Source of the DNA: Dehalococcoidia bacterium
GTDB lineage: Bacteria > Chloroflexota > Dehalococcoidia > Plut-88900
NCBI GenBank assembly: GCA_965197645.1
Contig: OZ240219.1
Span: forward strand, 1,984,001 to 2,048,000
Direction of reading: 5' to 3'
DNA length: 64,000 bases
In this document: one piece after another, positions 31,501 through 40,900 of the stretch
Numbering within the stretch: the first letter of the stretch is position 1
Layout: each line of letters starts with the position of its first letter
Program-made: the position numbers and the translations under genes
The notes under the pieces: model-generated
Seen by the model: only the letters and a program-made list of their open reading frames with translations
What the model was told of the DNA's origin: nothing
The model's database searches: none

Positions 31501-31648
31501 GCCCCGTGTTCTTGATCAGGACGATCGCCGTCTGCGCCTCCGCCGGCGCCGTCCATAGGAGCGCGCCGACCATGGCCAGCGCCAGCGCCACAAGGGCCGC
31601 CTTCGCTGTGCGGAGGTCCACTCCTCTCACCAAGTTGGACAGGTTCAA
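25598..31648 (-). CDS. Large secreted cadherin-repeat adhesin (N-terminal 2016 aa, ends at an in-frame TGA)
   Basis: Signal peptide ...APAEA; AQAFTTG N-domain; ATGAPSISG Ig-like repeats; many PDFE and VTDVNEAP cadherin repeats. Confidence 0.85.
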   Translation of the reverse strand: MNLSNLVRGVDLRTAKAALVALALAMVGALLWTAPAEAQTAIVLIKNTGQADSGDYGMGVGGNSIRAQAFTTGANPAGYTLSSIGFSFGSINSISTAGTDLAVTLNGVDSSGNPDAVLCTLTDPGIFSGSGVQQFDAPTTDPCETLTAETTYVAVVQRVANTATSTISLDVTADDNEDTGGATGWTIGDDSYVVVTPGTAWVKNANFNHQLAVRGYAVNNPATGAPSISGVLEEDEVLTADTVGIADLDVLGTFAYQWLADGTAISGATSSTYTLTASEVGDAISLTVTFTDGASNAESLTSAETPNVVASGATRKLLWVGTLTPADVGLSYIGFVDTMSGSLSPTSFIDGSTTHAFETIEYKAGFGLAIVVRPGPGAEERVKWIIDAGGAFALFDAKHIDSTLGTPNVRSEWLSTFGNPGWSIGTEAVVYLLEDLNNRATGAPSISGVLQQDEVLTADTAGIADADGVGTLSYKWFAGGTAISGATSSTYTLTASEVGDAISLTVTFTDDEGYSESLTSAETHEVVASGATRKLLWLGTLTPGDRGAGAVGVNVSNNDGFLSPFKFTYGSDTYTIDQIDFGPLPSSGLLFAMSPVPGADEEEAWIVDTGREWLVTDEVTTVSGGQIFVSWAAVEGDVEWTIGQETVVYLLEVVNNPPAFTDTAPTTRSVDENTASAANIGAAVAATDPESDTLVYGLTGTDASSFTIDTTSGQLKTSASLDFETDSSYSVNVTVHDGKSAIGVADTTVDATIAVTISVNNKDEAGTVTLPATFTGGTAATASVTDPDGTVSSPSWRWARGNTATGSFSNISGATSASYTPVAADVGKYLRATVIYKDPQSATNKTASAVSSSAVGASNAEPSFSATTATRTLPENSGAGVDVVGGVVTATDGDSDTLTYSLSGTDAARFEIDSSGQIKVKTGSTHTFDFEATKNSYSVTVNVRDSKDAVGNADTANDDTIAVTIDLTNVNEAPEITNTETTVNKQENETLVIGATASDDDTSTTLTWSIGSDDDGGKFEINATTGVVTSLSFKNAPDFETPTDVGDTAMNNTYVVTMKVTDDGSPAMSDTHTFTVTVTNVNEAPEITTNSGAAYIFSEAENTATSEVIETFEATDVDANTTLTWDLQGADAGDFRITTNAQGQGELKFRNVPDFEDPKGSLGTNPNVYIFTVRVRDNGSPRKEDTIGVNLHVTDVNEAPVITSPPATRSVPENSTAVHTFAADDVDASDTLMWSVETADDGGKFDINSTTGALSFKNAPDFENKQDAGANNVYDVTVKVTDGGGLFDKHDLDVTVTDVNETPEVTSGPATIAKDENTPTTEIIATYVAADPDATTGTMSWDLQGNDAGDFRIESTVNGTATLHFRVVPNFEVPADTGTDNVYDVTVPVRDNGSPRIEDTQGVAITVEDVNEAPVVSGVPNPDFAEIEYDATSPDLTIGTYTYTDEDTNPADTITWGLNSSGDSAHFNIGSSTGVLSFNMRPDFENPFGSDNEYVIVVEADDGQGGVGDFPVTVTVTNVDETPEITTTAASHTAPSFMEIEYDATSADLTVADYEGRDEEGQTITWSRTGTDAGDFTINSSTGVLSFAQRPNFEMPADNGGDNVYNVTVRARDTASNTRELEVVVTVTDVNERPDIDENFNAPQTYMEIEYDFTGTRPDVHTFTATDYDDGDTIGWALVGTDAAYLEIDATTGVLTFKQDAGFGQGPLPNFEHPRDDDAGDGSSNTYSIIVRAFDDATDKKTTEYAVVVTVTDVNEIPEFTGTPETAITLDEHDVNDNYVVMDLADYDARDEEVGVTWSLTGTDRRDFAISADGVVTFVKTPNYEAPEDSGGNNVYEFSVVATDIRSGSSRRNVSVTVTVTVGDVEEAGTLAVDNLSPAVGETLTFRLTDPDGNIDASSTAIITWVIQSLATGGSWTRVSGVLTPASTTFPWVVDEDVTGKAIRAMVTYTDRRGSGKTTLSAETAEVTANPIANAPPRFRGVSSWSVEEGPAGGAVGTPTSATDRDNDALTYGIQS

Positions 31649-31718
31649 CTGTTCTCTCCAATTGCCCGGTCTGGTTGCCGGAGATCCCGCTTACCTCAGT
31701 GATTCTTCTTACGCACTG

Positions 31719-31848
31719 ACCCATGAAAACCCTAGTGCCTCTTCAACGCTTTGGTAAGTGCCTAATCACACTCTTGAGACGGCAAAAGTGTTAGCTCTGA
31801 GAGAGAGCGTTTCTGCGACGTTTCGCTCTTGCCGGCATAAACGAAAGT
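31719..31848 (-). promoter_or_regulatory. Conserved promoter module, copy 1
   Basis: -35 TTACCA (31757-31752), 17-bp spacer, -10 TAGGGT (31734-31729); homologous to three other copies. Confidence 0.7.
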
Positions 31849-31959
31849 CAGGCACGCGCCACCGGAACGTATCCGGTCCGGGGGAGGCCGCTGGTCTCGG
31901 CCATCCTCATATGCGGGCTTTTCTTTTTGCCAGTAGGACCGAGCGATTGACTTCCCGGT

Positions 31960-34900
31960 CTATCCGCCCGGCCCGGAGACGGTCAGCTCCAGCCGAGTGG
32001 AGAGCATCCTCTCGTCCGCGGTGCAGATGGCCCCGTCGGCGTCGCAGTCCGTGGTTGCCGGGAGTTCGATGGTCACGTCGGCGGCCGAGTCGGGCGTCAC
32101 GGTGATGGTCCACCCGATGTTGCTTCCCTGGGTCAGTCGCTTGGCTTTGTTCACCGTGCCACCCGTGACGCTGAATGCGTGGTCTCGCAGCGTCACGTAG
32201 CTGATGCCGAACCCCTCGCTGAAGCGCAGCTCGAAGGTGAAGGCGGTCTGGCCGTCGTGGATGTTTGGTACGTTGCTGAAGCTGGCGGTAAGCGGCGTGG
32301 GCTTCGCCGTCACCGCCTTCGTCGCCGCGCTGGTCAGAGATTCTGCATTGCCAGCGTCGTCGGTGAAAGTCACCCGCACCCTGATGGTCTGCCACTGCTC
32401 GCTGGAGGTGAGGGTGTAGGTGGAACCGGTGGCCCCGCCGACGTCCGAGCCTCCGGCAATCCACTGGTAGCCGTAGGAAACGTCGTCCAGGCCGTCCTGG
32501 TCGGCGATGCCCGACGTTGAGGTGGTGAGGGTCTCGCCCACCTGCAGCGTGCCACCGATGGCCGGGGCGCCCGTGGCCGGGCTATTGCCTTCCGGCACCG
32601 CTTCCACCTGGTCCGTCGCCGCGCTGGTCAGGGATTCCCTGTTACCGGAATCGTCGGTGAAAGTCACCTGAACCTGGATGGGTTGCCCCTGCTCGCTGGA
32701 CGTGAGCTCGTAACTGGAGCCGGTGGCCCCGTCGATGTCCGACCCGTCGGCGACCCACTGGTAGCCGTAGGAAACGTTCGACAGCCCGTCCTGGTCTGCG
32801 ATGCCCGACGTTGACGCCGTCAGGGTCTGTCCCACCTGCGGCATTCCGGTGATGGTGGGAGTTCCCGTGGCATCACGGTTGGGTGCCGCCGCCACCTCTT
32901 CGGTCGCATCGCTGCCCAGCGATTCGATGTTGTTCCGGTCGTCGGCGAATCTCACCCTTACCGTTACGGTCTTTCCCTGCTCGCTGGCGGTGAGGGTGTA
33001 GGTGGAGCGGTTGGCCCCGATTATGGTCAGGCCCCCGGCCCTCCACTGGTAGAAGAAGGTGGCGTTGGTTATCCCGTCGAGGTCGGAGATGTTCGAGGTG
33101 TCCGCCGTTAGCGTCTGGCCCACGCGGGCCGTACCGTCGATGGTGGGCTTGCCAGTGGCTTGACGGTTGGGCGCCGCAATCACCGCGCCCGTCGCATCGC
33201 TGGTCAGGGACTCCTGGTTGTCAGCATCGTCGGTGAATGTCACCCGTACCTTGATGGTCTTGCCAACATCATCATCCGTCACCGTGTAGGCCGAGTCCGT
33301 TGCATCCTCTATCTCCGTGTCGGATACCCCGTCGTTCCGGACCCACTGGTAGCTGTAGGAAACATCGTCCAGCCCGTCCTCGTCGGTGATGCCGTTGGTG
33401 AGGGCCGTCAGCGTCTCTCCCACCTGGGCCGTCCCGCCGATGGTGGGCTGGCCCGTGGCCGGGGTGTTCTCGGCTGGCTCAGTCACTCTGACGGCGACCT
33501 CTTTCCCCTCCGGTAAGTTTAGTCCCGGGTCGTTCCACTGGAACTGGATGATGGAGATAGAGTCCCCCTCCAGGGTCGATGCGTCGGTAGAGGCGAATTC
33601 GTCCGTCCCAACCACCAGGACAAAGTCGGCAGTCAGTTTTGGCATCACCGAGAGAATCAGCTTGCCGTTCAGAACCCCCAGGGCCCTGACGGTGTAGCTG
33701 GCGTCGTCCGACGTGATGGTGTCGGGCGAGAGAGCACCCAAAGTGTTGGTTTCCGGCGAAGACAGGAATGTCGTATAGCCGGCAAAATTCTCTCCGATCT
33801 CCACCGTCAAGGTCGCCGCCCATATCGGTTCTTCCTGTGGTATTCCAGAGGCTTCGGCCGAGGTGGGAACGCCAAACACCCAAGGTCGGGCCTGTTTGAT
33901 GGATAGGACGTCGTCGCTGGTGATCTTGAACTCGATCTCCATTGCGAAGGGTTCGTCGGGTCCGGGGTTGTACAGACCCTCGAAATGGTCATGGATATCT
34001 TGGAGATGCCGGCGCAACTGGCCAATTTGAGCATCGCTCATGAGGAGTTGTCCTTTTGGCGCCTGGTTGGAGGTCACCAGGGTGGTGTATGAACCGGACA
34101 GGTCCAGCAGGATCTCCTCGGGCACCGAGTGTGCGTCGGGATTGGTGACCAGGTCCTCGCCGAGTTGCGTGTTGACGTAGTAGCTCCCCTTTGTTCCGTA
34201 GATAGGGTCGAAGCTGACGGCCACGCCGTTGGCCAGCTCGTCCGAGTAGTTGGGATGGACCAGCACCCCCATCGCCGTCGCCAGGTGGTCGATGCGGTGG
34301 AACTCGCGTTCAGTGAAGGCCCGGAAGTTCCACAGGCTGGCCCACACCCCTTTGATGGACTTGTCGATGCCGTCCTCGTCCGTCTCCTCGGGGTCCTGGG
34401 TCTTGGAGTCGTACAGCCCAGCGCCGCTGAAGCCCGGCAGGTCTTCGTTGTTTGTGCTGGACCGGTAGCGCAGGGATTGCCCTTCGGGGTAGCTGGCGTG
34501 CATCTCCTCCAGTGCGTCGATGATCCAGTCGGGCGTCTCCCCATTCTTGATCTTCTTGCGCAGTTTCTTGAGTTCTTTCTCCTGGATGTCATAGCCCGAC
34601 TGGAAGTCCGGGTCTTCCAGCATCTCCTCTACCTCGTCATAGAACCCGTTGTGCTTCATGAACCCGTCGTAGAAGTAGAAGGGCACCGCAAACCCGTCGG
34701 GGACGGTTCCGTCGGGAAAACCCAGGGTCCGCAGCACGGCCACGTTGGCCGCCTTGACGCCGAACGCATTCCAGTCGTCGAAGCCGATGTCGTCCAGGTC
34801 GGTGATCTGGGTGACCGTGAGGTCCCGTTCCGGCGTCTGGGTTCCGTGAGGGCGCGAAGCGGCGAAATAGGCCTCGACTTCGGCGGGAGTGGCGGCGCGG

Positions 34901-37900
34901 ATGGAATAGCCGTCCGCCGTGACGCTGTAGTGGACGTATCTGCCGATGAGATCATCGATGTCGCCGTCGTCTAGGGCGTCGCGAATGAAGGCGTTGGGGA
35001 CACCGTCCTGGACGGCCCGCAGGTTGACGTGGGAGAGCGGTGTCTGGGGTACGGTGGTGATGAGACCAGCGACCCGGGCAAGCTCGTTGGGGATAGTCTC
35101 GTAGATCACCACGTCGCGCGGGTCGGGGCGTTCCTCCAGCGACATGAGCCTGAGGAAACCGTACCCTTCCCCAAGGTTGAGGGGGAGGAATGGAACATCT
35201 GGCAGGATGTCCTCTCTCAACACCACATTGATCCGGGAATCGTCGTAGAGGGCCCGTTCTTTGTGATAGAGCGGCAGGGCTCTCCTCGGCATCGGGTAGT
35301 AGGCAAGGTTGTCATCAAGCAGCGGCATGCTGGCAGCAAGCGCCTCATACGAACGGGCCACATCGCCGAAGGGGTATTCATCCATGGGCTGGAACTGGTA
35401 GCGGTAGACGCCAAGGGAACCATCGGGAGCAATCACATTGGGGTGGTATATGATCTCGCCGCCCATGTACCCCTGTCCCCAGAGGGGGTCCTCCCAGAGA
35501 CCGATTGCATCCCCGAAATCGGGATGTATTCGGTGGGTCTCGGTGTTTATGAAATAGATGCCCATGTTGTCGGCAGACGAGCCGATAATGTAGAACTTGA
35601 CAAACTCCAGGTCCTGGAGATGGCGGTGATAGGGAACGTCTCTGCCCTTGTAGGAAAGCGCCTCAAATGCCTCACGGTCTGGAATGGCCACCGCGCCATC
35701 TCGAAAAGGGACCGCCCTAGCGGGGTTCAGCGGGTTCATCCCCACCGGGTCCCCCAATTCGGTGATGTCGTCGATGCAGTCGTTGTCGATGTCGCCAGGG
35801 TCGGCGATGAGGAACTTTTCAACCCGGTAATGCTCCTTGGGGAGCGGGTACAGCTGCTCGGTCAACGTTGTTGTGCCGTCTTCGCCCAGGGTCACCGAGA
35901 CCGAGAACTCTCGTTCGGAGTCCAGGTCGGGCCGCACGTAGAGCACGAAGTACTCCTCGGTGGTGGACTCGATGATAGCGGGAACGGCTTGTACCTCTAC
36001 CGCCGTTGCCGCCGGGGCCTGATCGCCGACAGTACACGCCACGACTGATACCTTGACCGTCCTCTGACTGGTAAGCGCCTCCAGGCTGCCTCCATCGTCA
36101 TAGAACGACACCCGCACGCTAATGGTCTTGCCAAGGTCAGCCATAGCCAGGGTGTAAGTCGAAGCCGTCGCCCCTTCGATGTCGGAAAAACTGCTCTCGT
36201 GGTGGCTGCGGACCCACTGGAAACTGAACGCGTCATCGTCGAGCCCGTCGGGGTCGTCGATCCCGGACACGACCGCCGTCAGCGATTCGCCGACTTCGAC
36301 GGTGCCGCTGATGACGGGCGCTCCTGTCGCGGCACGGTTGGCGCTCACCCTGAGAATCCTGTCGACACCGGGTTTGTTGGAGGTGGCGATGTACAGAGCC
36401 CCGTCGGGGCCGAGAACCGGGGTCCGCAGCCGGCCCTGGCTGCCGTCGAGCTCCGGAACGACGATCTGACTTACGAAATCGCCCTGTTCGGTGAACTCGA
36501 AGACCCGGAGCGACTTCGTCTTGAGGGTGGCCACCGCGAGTCGCCCTTCCCACTCCCCCCATTGGAGGCCGTCCAGGAAGACGGCCCCGCTGGTTGCCAG
36601 AGTGGGGAATCCCGAGGACCATCTGGCCTGGCGGGCAGATGGGAACTTCGCCAGGTCGGTCATGGGGACGCCGGCCTCGTCGGAATAGTCGTAGAAGGCC
36701 AATGTGCCGTCGTCCGGGATCGGGTCCCAGCCGTAGTTGCCCCCCGGCGCCAGCAGATTGATCTCGTCGTCGTGTTTCGGGCCGTGCTCCACCAGCCACA
36801 TCTGGTCCGTGCCCGGGCGCAGCGCCAGGCCCTGGGGGTTGCGGAATCCGTAGGAGTACACCGGCGAGGAGGCGCCGAACGGATTGCCCGGCGCCCCGGC
36901 GCCCGTCCGCGGGTCGACGCGCAGGACCTTGCCGCCCAGGGACGTCAGGTCCTGCGCGCCCGTTACCACCCGCCCGTCGCCGGTCACGATCCAGAGATAT
37001 CCCTCCGGGCCGAACACCAGCCGGCCTCCCGAGTGCCAAGGGCCCGGACCGATCGGTATGCCCTCCACCAGGGGATCGACGACGCGTGTGGCTTCGTCGT
37101 AGTTCGCGTCGATCGTCCAGGCGATCACCTGCATCTCGCGTCCGGTGTGTCCCTGGAGCGTGTAGAACCGCCGGTTGGTCGTAAAGTCCGGGTCCACGGC
37201 CAGCGCCTGCAGACCGGCGAACCCGTCGACGAGCAGGTCTCCGAGGTCCGCGTCGACCTGCTTGACGGTGCCGTCGGTCAGCCTCGCGTTCAGCACGCCG
37301 GCGCGCTGGGTGAACAACATCGTCCCGTCTGGGGTGAAATCGATGCCCCAGGGGTGGGACAGGCCCCTAACGATTACCGTCACCGTCAGTTCCGGACCCG
37401 GTTCGCGGGCGCCCACGACGGCGGTCGAAACAGCCTGAGCGGACTTGCCGGGGCCGTGCCCGTCGGTGTACGACGCCTCGGCCCTGAGCAGCATCTCTTC
37501 GTCTTCTTCGGTTGGAACGTAGCTGTCTCCTTCGCCGTAGGCCTCGACGCCGGTCCAGGTGGTTCCGTCAGGAGACCTGGCCCAGCTCCACGAAACCGCC
37601 CCGAGGGACGCCGCGGGACCCGAGCCGCCGCCTTCGAGGCCGTCGGGATCGGTCAGCGTGGCGCTGACCACCGTCCCGACCCTGGGTCTCGCCGGAAAGA
37701 GCGAAACGGTTCCGGGCCGGTCCTCCGCCTTGAACGCCTCGACCGCCGCTGTGGCCTCGCTGGTCAGCGTTTCATAGTTGCCGCGGTCGTCGACGAACGC
37801 CACCCGCACCTTGACCCGCTTGCCCAGATCCTCGGCGACGAGCGTGTAGGTGGGCGAGCCGCTCCCGATGTTCGTCTCGGTCGCGCCGTCGATCCGCAAC

Positions 37901-40900
37901 CACTGGTACGAGTAGGTCGCGCCTGTCAGCCCGTCGTCGTCCGACACGTCGGAGACCGCCGCGGCGAGCGGCCGCCCCACCCGCGCCGTGCCCGTGACCG
38001 TCGCCTCGCCGGCGGCCGGGTTGTTGATGAAGGAGCCGCGCACCTCGATCTTGTAGGAAAACGCGTCGGAGGCCCATCCCTGGTCGGCGGCCTGAGAAGA
38101 ATATGTCACGCTTCCGTCCGCGATGGACCACCCCTCCGCGGCTCCTGTGTCTTCGGAGCCGCTCGCCGTTCCACTGACGGCGATGGCGCCGGAACCCGTG
38201 GCGCGGATCCTTTCGACTACCACGAAATAGGTCGTCTCTTTCTCGAGAACCGGGCAGGTCGTCCCCGAGGCTGGAGCGGCAAAGGTGTTCACGCTCCGCT
38301 CCGACAGGCTCGCCGGGGCGATCAGCGTGCAGAGAGCGTCGCCCGGGACGCCGCCGTCGTCCGCGTTGAGCGTCACCTCGAGGTCGGACGGCGCGGACGA
38401 CGTGTCCGAAACTTCGCCGAACCCGATCCCGACGGACGCCAGCGCGTAGCCGGCTCTGCTGGTCCCGGTGGTGAACGCCTGGGCCCTCTTCGCGCCGGCC
38501 GAGCCCAGGTCGTGGCCGGCGCCGCCGGACTGCCCCGTGTTGCCGACCAGCACGGCCGCGGTCTCCGCGTCTTCGACGGAGGGCCGAACGACTCCGCTGA
38601 CGCCATGATAGGTGTAGATCATGTTGTCGTCGGCGTCGACAACGTAGAAGGTCTCCCCGTTCGACCAGATGCCGTAGGCGTGGTCGTTGTCCTCGTGGAG
38701 CGTAAAGTCGAAACCGGCTTCGGTTCCGTCGGACAGTTTCACGCTCGGCACCGAGGCGTCGTTCGAGGCGAACCTGACGCCCCACATCGTCCGCCCGTCG
38801 GTGAAGAGGCCCCTCAGCTGGCCTCTGCCGGGGATCGTCAGCTTCCGGGAGGTGTCCGGCCTCCCGTATTCGTCCTCCGGCGTCTCCGGGTCGTCGAACA
38901 GACGGAAGGCGTGCGCGTGCGACGTGGTGTTTGTGATCCACATGTGACGGCCGTCCGTCGCCATGCCGCGCACGATGAACACTCCCCCGGCGACGTTCAA
39001 ACCCCCGTAGACAAAGTCCCGATCTTCCGCCCGCGTGAAACTCGTCAGATCGTAGCCGAAGACATCTCGGCTGGCGCCGTCAAGGGACTCTTCGGCGACG
39101 TACAGGCGGGGGCCGTGACCGGTGACGTAATGGTCTTCCTGGCCGAGGCTCGGAACGTCCCAGCCGGGGTCCCGGGTCCCGTACTCGTTGACCGCGGTGG
39201 CGGGGTTGTCCCACAGCTTGTAGGCAAAGACCTTCCGGGCGCTGCTGTCGCCGACCCACAGCGTTTCGCCGTCGGACCAGATGCTCTTCGGGTCCGCGTT
39301 CTCCGGATGCAACGCAAAGGGTCCATCCTGGATCCATTCCCTCTGAACTAATGGTCTGCCGATCCACATAAGCATGGCGCTGCCGCGGCCGGCGCGGATG
39401 CCCGACGCTGAACCCCCGGAAGGCAACAGAAAAGCAGCGGAGTCGATCTCCACCGTGACGGGATGAGACCCGTGCGCACCAACCTCGATAACGTCCGAAT
39501 ATGAACCGCCAGCGGCGATGGTGACTGTCTTGGTGGACAGATCTCCGTTACGGGCCGACAGTTCGATCTGAAGATCGAACGGCGTCGCGCCTTCGGCCAA
39601 TCGGACCATGACCGTGTCGTCTCCCCGACGCTCCAGCTCCGCGGTGAACTTGAAAGGCGAGCCCGGATTGTCGCCCGCGTCAAGAGCCGTCAGCCCCGAC
39701 AGACCTTCGAAGACGCCGACAGGCAGGTCCTTGAGCTCGTTTCCCGAAAGGTCCAGCTCAGTAAGACTCCCGAGGTCGGCGAACACGTCCTCCGGCAGGC
39801 TCTTCAGGTCGTTCCCCGCGAGGGAGAGACTCTGCAGGTCGCCGAGACCGCCGAAGACCCCTTCCGACAGTTCGGGGATCTCGTTGATCGACAGGTCCAG
39901 GCCGCGCAACTCAAGATTGCGGTCGAACACCCCGTCAGGCAGTTCGTCAATGAAGTTGCCCGACAGATAGAGCTCCTCCACCGCCCGGAGGTCTTGGAAG
40001 AGTCCGTCCGGGACCGTCCCGAGGAAGTTTCTGTTCAGGTCCAGGGCGCGCAGCGCGTTCAGGTCCCGGAAATCACCGGCCTGCAGGGCCGACAGTCCTC
40101 TCCCCTGAAGGTACAGCCCGGGCGTGACGTCGGGGCCGAAGTGCTGGGAGCCGGTCCAAGTCCTGAGCCTCGTCTCGGACACCTCCGAGCAGTCGCCGAC
40201 GCCGGTCATCCCGGCGACGATGGCCGCCATCACCGAAGGCGTCCGGTCGCAGATGCCGGGGGCGCCGACCCGACCCGTCGGCTCGCTGGTAAGCGACTCT
40301 TGGTTGCCGGCGCCGTCGGTGAAGGACACCCTGACCTTGACGGTCCTGTCCCGGTCACCGGAGACGATGGTGTAGGTCGAATCGGTAGCGCCCGCGATGT
40401 CAGTGTCGGCGTTCCCGTCGTTCGAAATCCATTGATATTCGAAGCTGGCGGCGTCCAGCCCGTCCGCGTCGACGATGGAGCGGGTGCCCGCCGCCAGCGT
40501 CTCGTCCACTCGGACCGCGCCGGTTATCGTCGGCGCTCCCGTCGCAGGATTGTTCCAGTCGTATGCGTAGAGCTTAGCGTCGTCGCGGGACGCGACCCAC
40601 ATCGTGGACCCGGCCGACCAGATGTCCTCGTAAGATTCATCGTCGGCGTCCAACGCGAAGTCCTTGCTGCCGTCCCAGCTCCGGTCCGACATCCGGTAGG
40701 CGTACAGCTTGGCGTCCCGCCAGTCCGAAACCCACATCGTGGATCCGTTCGACCAGACGCCCATAGGAGAGTCGTGGCCGGGGGCCAGCGTGATGTCCTT
40801 CTCGAAGTCCCAGGCCCTGGTCGACAGGTCGTAGGCGAACACCGTGTCGTTGCCGGTGTCCGCCACCCACATGGTGATCCCGTCCGACCAGATGCCCTCG

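Noticed and set aside
31758-32105. Similar + strand ORFs (MPNHTLETAK / MSNHTLGTAK) in the repeated module
   Set aside because: The frame is not kept in copies 3 and 4; the similarity reflects the duplicated promoter DNA.
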